From contig CAWFKH010000004.1 of NCBI GenBank assembly GCA_963816355.1, forward strand, positions 382,689-446,688: a DNA stretch of 64,000 nt, in the 5' to 3' direction. The stretch's first letter is position 1, and each line of letters starts with the position of its first letter. Both the position numbers and the translations under genes were made by a program. Positions 17,690 to 27,811 of the stretch are shown here, piece after piece. The DNA is from an uncultured Gemmatimonadales bacterium. Lineage in GTDB: Bacteria > Gemmatimonadota > Gemmatimonadetes > Longimicrobiales > RSA9. The notes beneath the pieces were generated by a model. It was given only the letters and a program-made list of their open reading frames with translations. It did not search any database and had not been told where the DNA came from.

Positions 17690-20600
17690 GCGTCACCTTC
17701 CTCCCCGTTCGAGGGCTCCGCCGCCGGAGCCGTGAAGGCCGCCGCCGGTGCGGTGAAGGCCGCCGCCGGTGCGGTGAAAGCCGCCGCCGGTGCGGTGAGG
17801 ACCGGAGCGGCCGCGGCGTGCCGCGCCTGCCGGGATCGCAGCTCCCAGTAGAGCAGGGGGACGACGACCATGGTGAGGGCCGTCGCGACGACGGCGCCGC
17901 TCATGAGCGACACGGCGAGCCCCTGGAAGATCGGGTCGAGCACGATGACCACGGCGCCGACCACGACGGCGGCGGCGGTGAGCGCGATGGGGCGGAATCG
18001 CACGGCGCCCGCCTCGAGGACCGCCTCGTGGAGGGTGCGGCCGCGCGCCTCGGCGAGCTGGATGAAGTCGACCAGCAGGATCGAGTTGCGCACGATGATG
18101 CCCGCCAGCGCGATCATGCCGATCATCGACGTCGCCGTGAAGAAGGCGCCGAACGCGGCGTGGCCGGGCAGGATCCCGACGAGCGTGAGCGGGATCGGCG
18201 CCATGATGACGAGCGGGATCGTGAAGCTCTCGAACCAGCCGACGACGAGGACGTAGATCAGGAGCAGCGCGCCGAGGAAGGCGAGCCCGAGGTCGCGGAA
18301 GACCTCGATGGTGACCTGCCACTCGCCGTCCCACTTCACGGCGGCTTCGTCGAGGCGGTCCGGCTGCGTCGCGTTGTAGCGGCCAACGGCCTGCCCGCCG
18401 ATGCGGAGCCGGTCCAGCGCCCGGTTCATGCCGAGGATCGCGTACACCGGAGACTCGATGGTGCCCGCGACGTCGCCGGTGACGTAGATCACGGGCCGCA
18501 GGTTCTTGCGGAAGCGGGAGCGCTCGCGCGTCGCGTTCTCGACGCGCACGAAGCGGCCGAGCGGCTGCGGCCCGGTCGCGGTGGCGACGGGGATCGTGAG
18601 CAGCGCCTCGACGGAGGAGCGGTCGGCGATGTCGAGCCGCGGCACGATCGCGATCCCTTCACGCGCCGTCGGCGACGCGGCGAACGTGGCGGACGCGCCC
18701 GAGAGCGCCATCGCGAGCGTCCGCACGACCGCCTCGACCCCCGCCCCCGCGGCCGCCGCGCGCACCCGGTCGACGCGGAAGTTGCGCTCGTGCTGCGGCG
18801 CCTCGACCGTCCAGTCCACGTCGACGACGCCCGCCGTGCGCTCGAAGATGCGCCGCACCCGTTGCGCCACCTCGAGGCGCGTCGCATCGTCGCCGGCGTA
18901 CACCTCGGCGACCATCGTGGAGAGCACCGGCGGCCCCGGCGGGATTTCGGCCACCTTCACGCTCGCGCCGTAGAGCCGGGCGATCGAATCGACGCCGGGC
19001 CGCACGGCGACCGCGATCGCGTGGCTCTGGCGGTGGCGCTCGCCCTTGGGGAGCAGGTTCACCTGGACGTCCGCCACGTTCGCGCCGCGGCGCATGAAAT
19101 AGTGGCGCACGAGGCCGTTGAAGTTGAACGGCGCCGCCGTCCCCGCGTACGTCTGCGTGCTTTCGACCTCCTGGACCCGGCGCAGGTAGGCCGCCACCTC
19201 CTGCGCGGCGGCCGCGCTCGTCTCCAGCGTGGCGCCCTCCGGCAGGTCGAGCACCACCTGGAACTCACTCTTGTTGTCGAACGGCAGCATCTTCACCTGC
19301 ACCGCGCGCACGGCGACCAGTCCGACCGACAGCGCGAGCAGCGCGAGGACGGCGGCGTAGAAGCCGAGGCGCAGGCGGCGACGCTCCATCAGCGGCGTCA
19401 TGATGCGCGCGTAGAGGCGGGCGAAGCGCCCCTCCTCCTCCGGCTCGTGGCTGCGGTCGCGGCCCGCTGCGGGCGCGGCCTCCGCGACGTGGCCGCGCAG
19501 CAGCCGCACCGTCAGCCACGGCGTCACGACGAACGCGACGCCGAGCGAGAAGAGCATCGCGACCGACGCGCCGACCGGAATCGGCCGCATGTACGGCCCC
19601 ATCATCCCCGACACCACCGCCATCGGCAGGATCGCCGCGATCACCGTGAACGTCGCCAGGATCGTCGGATTTCCCACCTCGTCGACCGCCTCCACCGCCG
19701 CGGCCTCCGCCTCGCGGTCGCCCCGCTTCAGGTGCCGGTAGATGTTCTCCACCACGACGATCGCGTCGTCGACCAGGATGCCGATCGAGAAGATCAGCGC
19801 GAAGAGCGTGATCCGGTTCAGCGTGTAGCCGAGCGCGTAGTAGACGAAGAGCGTGAGCGCCAGCGTGACCGGCACGGCCACGAGCACGACCATCGCCTCG
19901 CGCCAGCCGAGGAAGACGCCGATCAGCAGCGTCACCGCCAGCGTCGCCAGGCCCAGGTGCAGCATCAGCTCGCGCGCCTTCTCCGCCGCCGTCTCGCCGT
20001 AGTCACGCGTGATCGAGACGCCGACGTCGCGCGGCACGATCCGGCCCCGCGCCGCGTCCACCCGCTCCAGCACGCGCCGCGCGACCGCCGTCGCGTTCGC
20101 CCCCCGCCTCTTCGCGACCGAAAGCGTCACCGCGCGCTCCGGCGCGCCGCCGCGCTCCGCGTGCGCGACGTAGCTCACGGGATCGCCGAAGCTCTCCTCG
20201 AGGCGCGCGACGTCCCGCACGCGGACCGGACCGGCGCCCCGCGCGCTCACCACCACGGCGCCCACGTCCTCGGCGGTGACCAGCGGCGCGCCCACGTCGA
20301 CGCGATAGACGACGTCGCCCGCGGCGTACTCGCCCGCCTGCAGCCGCACGTTCGCCGCCGCCAGCGCGGCCGCCACCTCTCCGGGCGACACGCCGCTGGC
20401 GGCGAGCCGGGCGGGCTCGAGCGTGACGCGGATCTCCGGCGCTCTGCCGCCGATCACCTCGGTCTCCGAGACGTCCGGGACGGTGCGGACCTCCGCCTCC
20501 AGGTGCTTCGCGATGCGCCGCAGCTCGTTCGAGCCATACGCCCGCGAGTGCAGCGTGAGCGCCAGGATCGGCACCTCGTCGATCGAGTGCGGCACGACCA

Positions 20601-20985
20601 GCGGCGGCGGCGCGCCGGGCGGCGCGACGTTCAGCGCGGCGAGCTTCGCGTGGACCTTCGTCACGCTCCGCTCCTGGTCCTCTCCGACGCGAAAGCGCAC
20701 CGTCACCAGCGCGCGTCCCTCGTCCGCCGTCGAGTACACGTACTCGACGCCAGGGATCTCCCACATCGCGCGCTCGATCGGACGGACCAGCACGTTCTCC
20801 ACCTCCCGCGGCCGCGCCCCCGGCAGCGCGCCGACGACGTCGATCATCGGGACGGAGATCTGCGGCTCCTCCTCGCGCGGCGTCAGCACGATCGCGATCG
20901 CGCCCACCGCCAGCGCCGCGAACGTGACGAGCGGCGTCAGCTTCGAATGCAGGAAGGCCTTCGCGATGCGGCCGGAGGCGCCCAC
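17686..20985 (-). CDS. RND efflux transporter permease subunit
   Basis: PREEEPQI, GILVDDAIVVVENI, GIIVRNSILLVDF, RFRPIALT; GTG start just after adaptor stop. Confidence 0.93.
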   Translation of the reverse strand: MGASGRIAKAFLHSKLTPLVTFAALAVGAIAIVLTPREEEPQISVPMIDVVGALPGARPREVENVLVRPIERAMWEIPGVEYVYSTADEGRALVTVRFRVGEDQERSVTKVHAKLAALNVAPPGAPPPLVVPHSIDEVPILALTLHSRAYGSNELRRIAKHLEAEVRTVPDVSETEVIGGRAPEIRVTLEPARLAASGVSPGEVAAALAAANVRLQAGEYAAGDVVYRVDVGAPLVTAEDVGAVVVSARGAGPVRVRDVARLEESFGDPVSYVAHAERGGAPERAVTLSVAKRRGANATAVARRVLERVDAARGRIVPRDVGVSITRDYGETAAEKARELMLHLGLATLAVTLLIGVFLGWREAMVVLVAVPVTLALTLFVYYALGYTLNRITLFALIFSIGILVDDAIVVVENIYRHLKRGDREAEAAAVEAVDEVGNPTILATFTVIAAILPMAVVSGMMGPYMRPIPVGASVAMLFSLGVAFVVTPWLTVRLLRGHVAEAAPAAGRDRSHEPEEEGRFARLYARIMTPLMERRRLRLGFYAAVLALLALSVGLVAVRAVQVKMLPFDNKSEFQVVLDLPEGATLETSAAAAQEVAAYLRRVQEVESTQTYAGTAAPFNFNGLVRHYFMRRGANVADVQVNLLPKGERHRQSHAIAVAVRPGVDSIARLYGASVKVAEIPPGPPVLSTMVAEVYAGDDATRLEVAQRVRRIFERTAGVVDVDWTVEAPQHERNFRVDRVRAAAAGAGVEAVVRTLAMALSGASATFAASPTAREGIAIVPRLDIADRSSVEALLTIPVATATGPQPLGRFVRVENATRERSRFRKNLRPVIYVTGDVAGTIESPVYAILGMNRALDRLRIGGQAVGRYNATQPDRLDEAAVKWDGEWQVTIEVFRDLGLAFLGALLLIYVLVVGWFESFTIPLVIMAPIPLTLVGILPGHAAFGAFFTATSMIGMIALAGIIVRNSILLVDFIQLAEARGRTLHEAVLEAGAVRFRPIALTAAAVVVGAVVIVLDPIFQGLAVSLMSGAVVATALTMVVVPLLYWELRSRQARHAAAAPVLTAPAAAFTAPAAAFTAPAAAFTAPAAEPSNGEEGDA

Positions 20986-20986
20986 G

Positions 20987-22060
20987 TCACGCGCCTCCCG
21001 CCGCCGCAACCGGCAGCAGCACGCGGTCCCCGGCGCGCAGCCCCGAGACGACCTCGACCATGCCGTCGTGCGCGCGGCCGAGCCGCACCCAGCGCAGCTC
21101 CTCGCCGTCCGCTCCCCACAGACGCACCCCCGTCAGGTCGCCCTCGCGCACGACCGCCACCGCCGGCACCAGGACCGCCGCGCGCCGCCCCTGCCGCAGC
21201 GCGAGCGTCGCCGCGCTCCCCGGCAGGAAGCGCCCCTCCGCGTTGCCGATGAGCGCGTTCACCCGGTACAGGTTGCCGCCCGGCGCCGGTACCACCCCCT
21301 CGACGATCGCGCGGGCGGTGTCGCCCTCGAGCGTCGCCGTGATCGTGTCGCCGCGGGCGAGCCGCCGCACCGCATCCGGAGGACTCGTGACCGCGATCCG
21401 CAGCCGACTCGGGTCCTGCACCGTCACCAGCGGAGCCCCGGGCGCCGCGAACGCGCCCTCGTCCACGTAGCGCGCCGTCACCACGCCGCCGAACGGCGCC
21501 CGGATCGTCGCGTACGCCTCCACCGCGGCGAGCTCCCCCTCCCGCGCCCTCGCCGCCCGCACCCCCGACTCCGCCCGCTCGAGCGCGCTCTCCGCCGCCT
21601 CGAGCTGCGCCTTCGGCGCCGCGGAGTCGGCATACAGCGCCCTCAGCCGCACCGCGTGGCGCGACGCCTCCCCCCGCATCGACTCCGCTTCCTCGATCGC
21701 CGCCCCCACCGCGGCCCGCTTCGCCCGCAGCTCGCGCGCGTCGATCCGCACGAGCGGCTCACCCGCCGTGACCCGGTCCCCCTCCCGCACCAGCACCGCC
21801 TCCACGCTCCCCATCAGCTTCGTGCTCAGCGTCGCCTCCGCCACCGCGTTCGCTACGCCCGCCGCGTCCACCACGGCCTCCACGACGGTGTCCCTCACCG
21901 TGTAGACCGCGGCCGGGGGAGGTGCCCCGTCGCCTTCCGCTCCCGCCGCCGCCACGGCGTCCCCACCCCCGCAGGCCGCCACGAGCAAGAGCCCCGCGAC
22001 GACCGAGAGCCCCGCGACCGACAACGCCGTGATCGACCTCATCTCGACTGCCCTCCTCAT
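20987..22060 (-). CDS. RND periplasmic adaptor (membrane fusion protein)
   Basis: Lipobox VAAC; GSVEAVLVREGDRVTAGEPLVRID; IRAPFGGVV; VEVVSGLRAGDRV. Confidence 0.92.
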   Translation of the reverse strand: MRRAVEMRSITALSVAGLSVVAGLLLVAACGGGDAVAAAGAEGDGAPPPAAVYTVRDTVVEAVVDAAGVANAVAEATLSTKLMGSVEAVLVREGDRVTAGEPLVRIDARELRAKRAAVGAAIEEAESMRGEASRHAVRLRALYADSAAPKAQLEAAESALERAESGVRAARAREGELAAVEAYATIRAPFGGVVTARYVDEGAFAAPGAPLVTVQDPSRLRIAVTSPPDAVRRLARGDTITATLEGDTARAIVEGVVPAPGGNLYRVNALIGNAEGRFLPGSAATLALRQGRRAAVLVPAVAVVREGDLTGVRLWGADGEELRWVRLGRAHDGMVEVVSGLRAGDRVLLPVAAAGGA

Positions 22061-23793
22061 GGCATCTCCCCCCTGTCCGCCTCGCTCCACGACTCCAGCC
22101 CCGCCAGCTCGCCCGGGTCGCGGCCCAGCGCGCGCAGCCGCTCCGCACCCGCCGAGATCGCCGCGTACGCCGCCGCCGACCGCGCCAGCCGCGCGCGCGT
22201 CTCCGCCGCCGCGGCGTCGAGCAGCTCCACCACCGTCGCCAGGCCGCCGTCATACTTGCGGGCCACGATCCGATGCGCCTCCGCCGCCTGCGCGACGCCG
22301 CGCTCCGCGATCTCCAGCCTCCGCAACGCGACGCGCACGTCGCTCCCCGTCCGCTCCCGCTCCAACGCCGCTCCCGCGGCCGCTGCGTCCGCCCGCGCCT
22401 CCGCCGCCTCCGCCCTGCCCCGCGCCCGCCGCAGCGCCGCCGCCTGCGCACCCCCCGCCAGCGGCGTCCACGTCACCAACACCCCCGCCGTCCAGCTCTC
22501 CGGGCCCGCGAACACGCCCCTCGCCGAGTACCAGTCGTAGCGACCGAACGCGTTCACGCGGGGCAGCCACTGCGCCCGCGCGCGACGCACGTCGAGCCGC
22601 GCCGAGGAAGCCCCCAGCCGCGCCGCCCGGACGTCCGCCCGCGCCCCCGCTTCCGCCGCCGTTCGCGCCGCCGCGTCCGCCGCCGCGTCCGCCGCCGCGT
22701 CCACTGCGTCCGCCGCCGCGTCCACTGCCGCGTCCACCGCCGCGTCTGCCGCGTCCGCCGCCGCCGTCTCCGCCACCAGTCCCGCCACGCGCCCGCGCAC
22801 CGCCGCGCCACTCGGCAGAGCCGCCGGCAACGCGTACGACGACGCCGGCTCTCCCAACAGCGTCGCGAGCCCGCGCCGCGCCAGCGCCGCGTCGCTCGCC
22901 GCCGCGATCGCCTCAGCGTCGACCTCCCCCGCCTTCACCGACGCCAGCAGCGCGTCCGAACGCGTCACCAGGCCCTGCTCCACCAGCGACTCCGCCTGCC
23001 CCACGTGCCGGTGCGCCGCGCGCGCCGCCGCGTCCAGCGTGCCGACCTTCTCTTCCGCCAGCAGAACGCCGAAGTAAGCCCGCACCACCTCCGCCCGCGT
23101 CGAGAGCCGCGCCCACGCCTCCGAATTCCGCGCCGCCTCCACCGCCCGCGACGCCGCCGCACGGCCCAGCCAGACGTCTGCGTTCACCACCGGCTGCTCC
23201 ACCACCACCGCCCCCGCGTAGCCCGGCGTCGCCTCCGGGTGGTTCAGCCGCGCCGGGTCGAACGCCGCCTCCGTGACCGACCGCTGCCGCAGCAGCGTGC
23301 CGAAGACGCCGATCGGATCCGTCGTCCGCACGTAGCCGCCCTCCACCCGCACGGCCGGCAGCATCCCCCGCAGCGCCTCCACCGCATCCGCCGACCGCTC
23401 CACCGTCGCCCCCGCCGCGATCCGGTTGCCGTACGCACCCGCCTCCGCACGCCGCAACGCTTCCTCCAGCCCCAGCCGCTCCGCGACCCCGGCGCGTGCC
23501 CGCGACACCGCCGCCGCCGCAGCCGCCGCCGCACCCGCAGCCGGCGCCGCACCCATTACTGTCGGCGCACCCGCCACCGCAGACGGCTCCGCCGCCGCCG
23601 GCTCCTGCGCCGCCGCCCGCTCCACCGTCATCAGGCACAGCGCCGCTACCGCGCTCGCAACGATCGCCGCTCCAGCTCGCACCGCGATCACCGCCCCGGC
23701 TCCCGGCACGATCGCCGCCCCCGCTCTCGCCGCGATCACCGTCCCCGCTCCCGCTCCCGCGGCATTCGCCGCCTCCGCCTGTCGCTGCCGCAT
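22057..23793 (-). CDS. TolC-family outer membrane factor
   Basis: LGLEEALRRA, EVVRAYFGVL, RKYDGGLATVVELLDA; start uncertain because of N-terminal repeats. Confidence 0.88.
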   Translation of the reverse strand: MRQRQAEAANAAGAGAGTVIAARAGAAIVPGAGAVIAVRAGAAIVASAVAALCLMTVERAAAQEPAAAEPSAVAGAPTVMGAAPAAGAAAAAAAAVSRARAGVAERLGLEEALRRAEAGAYGNRIAAGATVERSADAVEALRGMLPAVRVEGGYVRTTDPIGVFGTLLRQRSVTEAAFDPARLNHPEATPGYAGAVVVEQPVVNADVWLGRAAASRAVEAARNSEAWARLSTRAEVVRAYFGVLLAEEKVGTLDAAARAAHRHVGQAESLVEQGLVTRSDALLASVKAGEVDAEAIAAASDAALARRGLATLLGEPASSYALPAALPSGAAVRGRVAGLVAETAAADAADAAVDAAVDAAADAVDAAADAAADAAARTAAEAGARADVRAARLGASSARLDVRRARAQWLPRVNAFGRYDWYSARGVFAGPESWTAGVLVTWTPLAGGAQAAALRRARGRAEAAEARADAAAAGAALERERTGSDVRVALRRLEIAERGVAQAAEAHRIVARKYDGGLATVVELLDAAAAETRARLARSAAAYAAISAGAERLRALGRDPGELAGLESWSEADRGEMP

Positions 23794-23838
23794 CGCGTTC
23801 CGTCCGCTCCGGTTCCGGTTCGAGTCCCGCGCATGAAA

Positions 23839-23867
23839 TAACTACATGGTTATGTAGTTGAGGTCAA
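23839..23867 (-). promoter_or_regulatory. Promoter with 20-bp dyad operator for the efflux operon
   Basis: Minus strand TTGACC-17 bp-TAGTTA; AACTACAT-ggtt-ATGTAGTT at 23840-23859, AT-rich island in GC-rich context. Confidence 0.7.
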
Positions 23868-23879
23868 GGGCCGGGCAGG

Positions 23880-24310
23880 GAGGTCTCGGAGGGGACGGAG
23901 GTCTCGGAGGGTGGAGGGGGCGGAGGTCGCGGAGGGACTGCGTGTCACGGAGGGGGTCGGAGGGGCGGAGAACGCGGAGGCCTGCGCTGGGGGACTGCGA
24001 GTGGGGGCGGCGGGGGCGCGGGCGGAGGACGGGCGGTCGCCGGCCATCGTGCCGGGCGGGTCGGGGGTCGCCGGGGGTGGGGCGCGTCGGGGCCTGCCGG
24101 TGGGTGGGGGCGGCCTCCCCGGTGGGCGGGGCCGGCCTCCCCGGTGGCGGGGCGAGGCGGCCTCCCCGGAGGTGGGGGCGGAGCGGCCTCGCGCCCGGCC
24201 ACGCCTCCACTCAGTCCTTCCTCGCTTCACGCCTCAACCGGTTCTCCGCGCCCTCCGACGCTCCGTGCCTTCCGTGACGAGCCGTTCCTCCGTGCTCTCC
24301 GCGCTCTCGC
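23880..24310. repeat. CGGAGG-periodic inverted-repeat element
   Basis: tcacggagggggtcggaggggcggagaacgcggagg (23945-23980) faces ttctccgcgccctccgacgctccgtgccttccgtga (24242-24277); more units at 23880-23936. Confidence 0.6.
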
Positions 24311-25439
24311 GCCGGACCTCGCTCCGCTGCTCGGCCCGCTCCGACGCCTCGCTCCGCGTCCTCGTCCGGACGGCGCGCGCCACGCGTTCGGCGTCGCGGC
24401 CCACGCCGTGGATCATGCCGGAGGACAGCGCGTGCAGGAAGTGGAGGCCGACGAAGAAGAGGCCGGGCCGGGCGTCGACGATGCCGCTGCGGTGGTCCGG
24501 ATCGCCGTCGCGGAAGACGGGCAGGTCGATCCAGTCGAAGCCGGGTCGGAAGCCGGTGCACCACACGATGTTGGCGACGTCGAGCGCGCGTCCGTCCTCG
24601 AGCAGGGGCCGGCCGTCGCGCGCCCCGCCGGTGCGCGGCACGCGGCGCACGCCGGAACGGACGAGGTCCCGCTTCTTCACGCGGATCAGGGGGCCGCCCT
24701 TGTGGAGGATGGAGGGGCGCGCCTTGCGACCCAGCGGCGTTTTGACGGTGAGGACGCGATGGAAGAGGCCGCGCAGCACGAGCCGGACGAGGATGAGCCG
24801 CCCCGCGACGCCCTCGACGCGGAACGGGATCTCGCCGGTGTCGCGGCCGGACATCCAGACGTCGTGGAGCGGCGCCAGCTCGGTCGCGATCTCGGAGCCG
24901 GAGTTGCCGGCGCCGACGATCAGGACGGGCCCTTCGCGGAGCTGGCGCGGATTGCGGTAGTCGATCGAGTGGATCTGGACGATCGAGGGATCCAGCTCCG
25001 CGGCGAACGCGGGCACGTGCGGCTTCTGGAAGTCGGCCATGGCGACGACGACGTTCCCGGCCTCGATGCGGCGGCCGCCGGCGTCGACGACGAACGCGCC
25101 GCCGTCGTGCGTCAGCCGATCGACGCGCACGCCGGTGCGCACCGGCAGGTCGAAGCGCGCGGCGTACGCCTCGAGGTAGTCGGCCATCTCGTCCTTCGTG
25201 GCGAAATGGTGCGGCCGCGCGGGGAACGGCATGCCGTCCAGGCCGCTGAAGCGCGCGGGCGTGAAGAGCCGCAGCGAGTCCCACCGCTCCCGCCACACGT
25301 CGCCCACCCGCTCCCTGGCCTCGAGGATCACGAAGCGCACGCCCAGGCGGGAAAGATGGTAGCCGACCGAGAGGCCGGCCTGCCCGCCGCCGATCACCAC
25401 CGCGTCGAATCGCTCCGCTCCCCGTACGCCGCTCGCCAT
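24234..25439 (-). CDS. Flavin-containing monooxygenase / FAD-NAD(P) oxidoreductase (CzcO-like)
   Basis: VIGGGQAG, WRERWDSLRLFTP, QIHSIDYRNP, VGAGNSG, WCTGF; AAGGAGG RBS. Confidence 0.9.
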   Translation of the reverse strand: MASGVRGAERFDAVVIGGGQAGLSVGYHLSRLGVRFVILEARERVGDVWRERWDSLRLFTPARFSGLDGMPFPARPHHFATKDEMADYLEAYAARFDLPVRTGVRVDRLTHDGGAFVVDAGGRRIEAGNVVVAMADFQKPHVPAFAAELDPSIVQIHSIDYRNPRQLREGPVLIVGAGNSGSEIATELAPLHDVWMSGRDTGEIPFRVEGVAGRLILVRLVLRGLFHRVLTVKTPLGRKARPSILHKGGPLIRVKKRDLVRSGVRRVPRTGGARDGRPLLEDGRALDVANIVWCTGFRPGFDWIDLPVFRDGDPDHRSGIVDARPGLFFVGLHFLHALSSGMIHGVGRDAERVARAVRTRTRSEASERAEQRSEVRRESAESTEERLVTEGTERRRARRTG

Positions 25440-25559
25440 GTCCAGCCTCCTTCGCGTTCCGGTCTCCGCATCCTCCGAGGTCCGCCCGGCCGGGGCGCTG
25501 CGCCCTCGGCCCCTTCCGTACCTCAAAGATGCACGCTGCCCGCGCTCCCCGCTTCGGGC

Positions 25560-25600
25560 GAATCAACCAAATCCGCGGCGAGGCGCGGCGTGGGTGATTC
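25560..25600. promoter_or_regulatory. Spaced inverted repeat, candidate LuxR-type operator
   Basis: gaatcaacca-N21-tgggtgattc between LuxR stop and monooxygenase start. Confidence 0.5.
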
Positions 25601-27258
25601 TATGCAGGCGGGTGCTGGAGGTCGTGCTCGTAGGCGAACGCGGTGGCGGCGGCGCGCGAGGAGAGCCCGAGCTTGCCGAAGATGTTGGCGACGTGGCGGG
25701 CGACGGTCTTCTCGCTGATCGAGAGCACATCGGCGATCGCGCGGTTCGTCTTCCCGGTCGCGACGAGCGCCAGCACCTCGCGCTCGCGCGGGGTCAGGCC
25801 GTGGCGGTCGCGACGCGGAGCGCGGCCGAGCGCCGCGTCGAGACGCGCGAGGTCGGGCGCGGCGCCGAGGCGCTCGAACGCCGCGCGCGCCGCTTCGACC
25901 TCGAGCGCGGCGCCGTCGTCGTCGCCCAGCTCGCGGCAGGCGCGGGCGATGAGCGAGCGCACGCGCGCGACGTCGTGCCGCGCGTCGAGCGCCTCCCACT
26001 CCCGGCACGCGCGGCGCAGCGGGGCGAGCGCGCCGGCCGCATCGCCCGCCGCCAGCGCGATCGCACCGGTCGCCTGCGCGACGACGGCGTCGAGCACGGC
26101 GCTCGCGCAGGAACGCGCCACGTCCGCCAGCTCCGCGCGCGCACGGCGTGCCTCCTCGACGTCGCCGACGGCGAGCATGATCTCGACGTGGGCGGGGAGC
26201 AGCCGCACGCGCTTCAGGCGCTCGGTCGTCTCCGCGAGCGCGCGGCGGCTGGCGGCCGCGGCCGCGTCGTCGTCGCCCTGCGCCAGCCGCAGCAGCGCGA
26301 GCCCGGGCTGCGGCTCGTGGCCCGCTCGGCTCGCGGCGCGGTACGCCTCCTCGGCGGCCGCGAGCTCGCCGCGCAGCCGGTGCACCTCGGCCTGGAGGTA
26401 GAGGGCGATGCCGACGGCGCGCGGATCGGCGGCGACAGCGAGACGCTCCGCGGCGCGCTCCGCCTCCTCCAGGGCACCACTCCATTCGCCGCGAAGACGC
26501 AGGATCTCCGCGCGGTAGACGCGGCACTCGCCGGTGTAGGCGACCATGTCCGGCCGCCGCTCGCACCACTCGCTCAGGGCGGCCGTCCACTCGTGCGCCC
26601 GTCCGAAGGCCCACACCTCGCGGCACGCGCTGATCACGCTGCAGTAGACGAGGCCGGTGACCTGCGGCGACAACTCGTCCGACATCACGCCGACCATCGC
26701 CTCGTCCAGCAACGCGAGACCCGCGCTCACGTTACCCTGGCGCAACAACGCGCGCCCGTGCAGGTGCAGCGCGAGCGCGACCAGCTCGCGCTCGCCGAAG
26801 CGCTGGCCGATCGCGGCCGCTTCCGCGGCCAGCCGCGACGCCGCCTCGGTGTCGCCCGCCGCCAGCTGCTGCTGCCCCTCCGGCAACAACAGATAGCCGC
26901 GTTCCGCACACTCCCCCGCCTCACCTTCAAGCACCCGCGCCGCGCGGCCGAACCAGCCGCTCGCCTGCGCCATCTCCCCCCGCACCGCCAGGTGCAGCCC
27001 CAGCCAGAACGCGCACCGCGCCGCCGCCACCGCCTCACCCGCATCGAGTCGCGCCTGATGGCACTGCTGCGCCGCCCGCACGAACTCCCCTTCGCGGCCG
27101 ATCAGGTACGACGCGAGCGCCAGACGCCAGAAGTCCTCCGGCTCGAGCGACGCGGCCGCGCGCTCGCGCGCTTCCGCCAACGCCGCGTGCGCGCGCGCCC
27201 AGGCCCGGCCCTCGAACGCCTCGCGACCTTGCTGCAACACGGACCGGATCGAATCCAT
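25600..27258 (-). CDS. LuxR-family regulator (TPR-like sensor plus C-terminal HTH)
   Basis: GLTPREREVLALVATGKTNRAIADVLSISEKTVARHVANIFGKLG; GLVYCSVISAC. Confidence 0.9.
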   Translation of the reverse strand: MDSIRSVLQQGREAFEGRAWARAHAALAEARERAAASLEPEDFWRLALASYLIGREGEFVRAAQQCHQARLDAGEAVAAARCAFWLGLHLAVRGEMAQASGWFGRAARVLEGEAGECAERGYLLLPEGQQQLAAGDTEAASRLAAEAAAIGQRFGERELVALALHLHGRALLRQGNVSAGLALLDEAMVGVMSDELSPQVTGLVYCSVISACREVWAFGRAHEWTAALSEWCERRPDMVAYTGECRVYRAEILRLRGEWSGALEEAERAAERLAVAADPRAVGIALYLQAEVHRLRGELAAAEEAYRAASRAGHEPQPGLALLRLAQGDDDAAAAASRRALAETTERLKRVRLLPAHVEIMLAVGDVEEARRARAELADVARSCASAVLDAVVAQATGAIALAAGDAAGALAPLRRACREWEALDARHDVARVRSLIARACRELGDDDGAALEVEAARAAFERLGAAPDLARLDAALGRAPRRDRHGLTPREREVLALVATGKTNRAIADVLSISEKTVARHVANIFGKLGLSSRAAATAFAYEHDLQHPPA

Positions 27259-27339
27259 CGGGGCTCCGGCGGAGGAGGGATCGGAGTATGGACGATACGG
27301 GGGCGGCGAGGGGCGGAGCAACCTGGGGCCGGGGGAGGA

Positions 27340-27500
27340 GGGGGCGGAGGGCGGAGGGAGGAGGGGGCGGAGGATCGGAGGGAGGAGGGGGCGGAGGATC
27401 GGAGGGAGGAGGCGGCGGAGGATCGGAGGGAGGAGGGGCGGAGGATCGGAGAGACTACTGGTCACGGAGGGAACGGAGGGTCGGAGGGCACGGAGGGATC
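27340..27500. repeat. 24-bp purine-rich tandem repeat plus one CGGAGG-periodic arm
   Basis: ggaggatcggagggaggagggggc about 4 copies; gtcacggagggaacggagggtcggagggcacggagg at ~27461-27496. Confidence 0.75.
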
Positions 27501-27811
27501 CATTGCGCTCCTCGGTGTTCTGCGTGGGTCCAACCGGCGCGGGGAACGTCAACGCGCTCCCTCGCCGGACCCATCCGGCCGTGGGGCACGCTGGACCGCG
27601 CGCAGAGCGGTCCACTCCGCCCCTCGCCCGAAGCCGCACCCGCGCGGGGCCATTGCGACCGCGTCTCGGGCGGTCCGATCTGCCCCGGATCGGAAATGGC
27701 GGCGGGCGGGGGTGAGTTGACGGCGATTGCGGACGGCGCGGAGCGGCCGGCGATCTCCTTGCGTTCGCCGGCGCACCCGGAGCAACTTGCGTCCTCCCTG
27801 CAAGGAGGCGA

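Noticed and set aside
17818..21252. 1144-aa plus-strand ORF and similar long overlapping ORFs (1255-3150, 5910-8033, 28240-30531, 61258-63684)
   Set aside because: Antisense or off-frame shadows of well-supported genes
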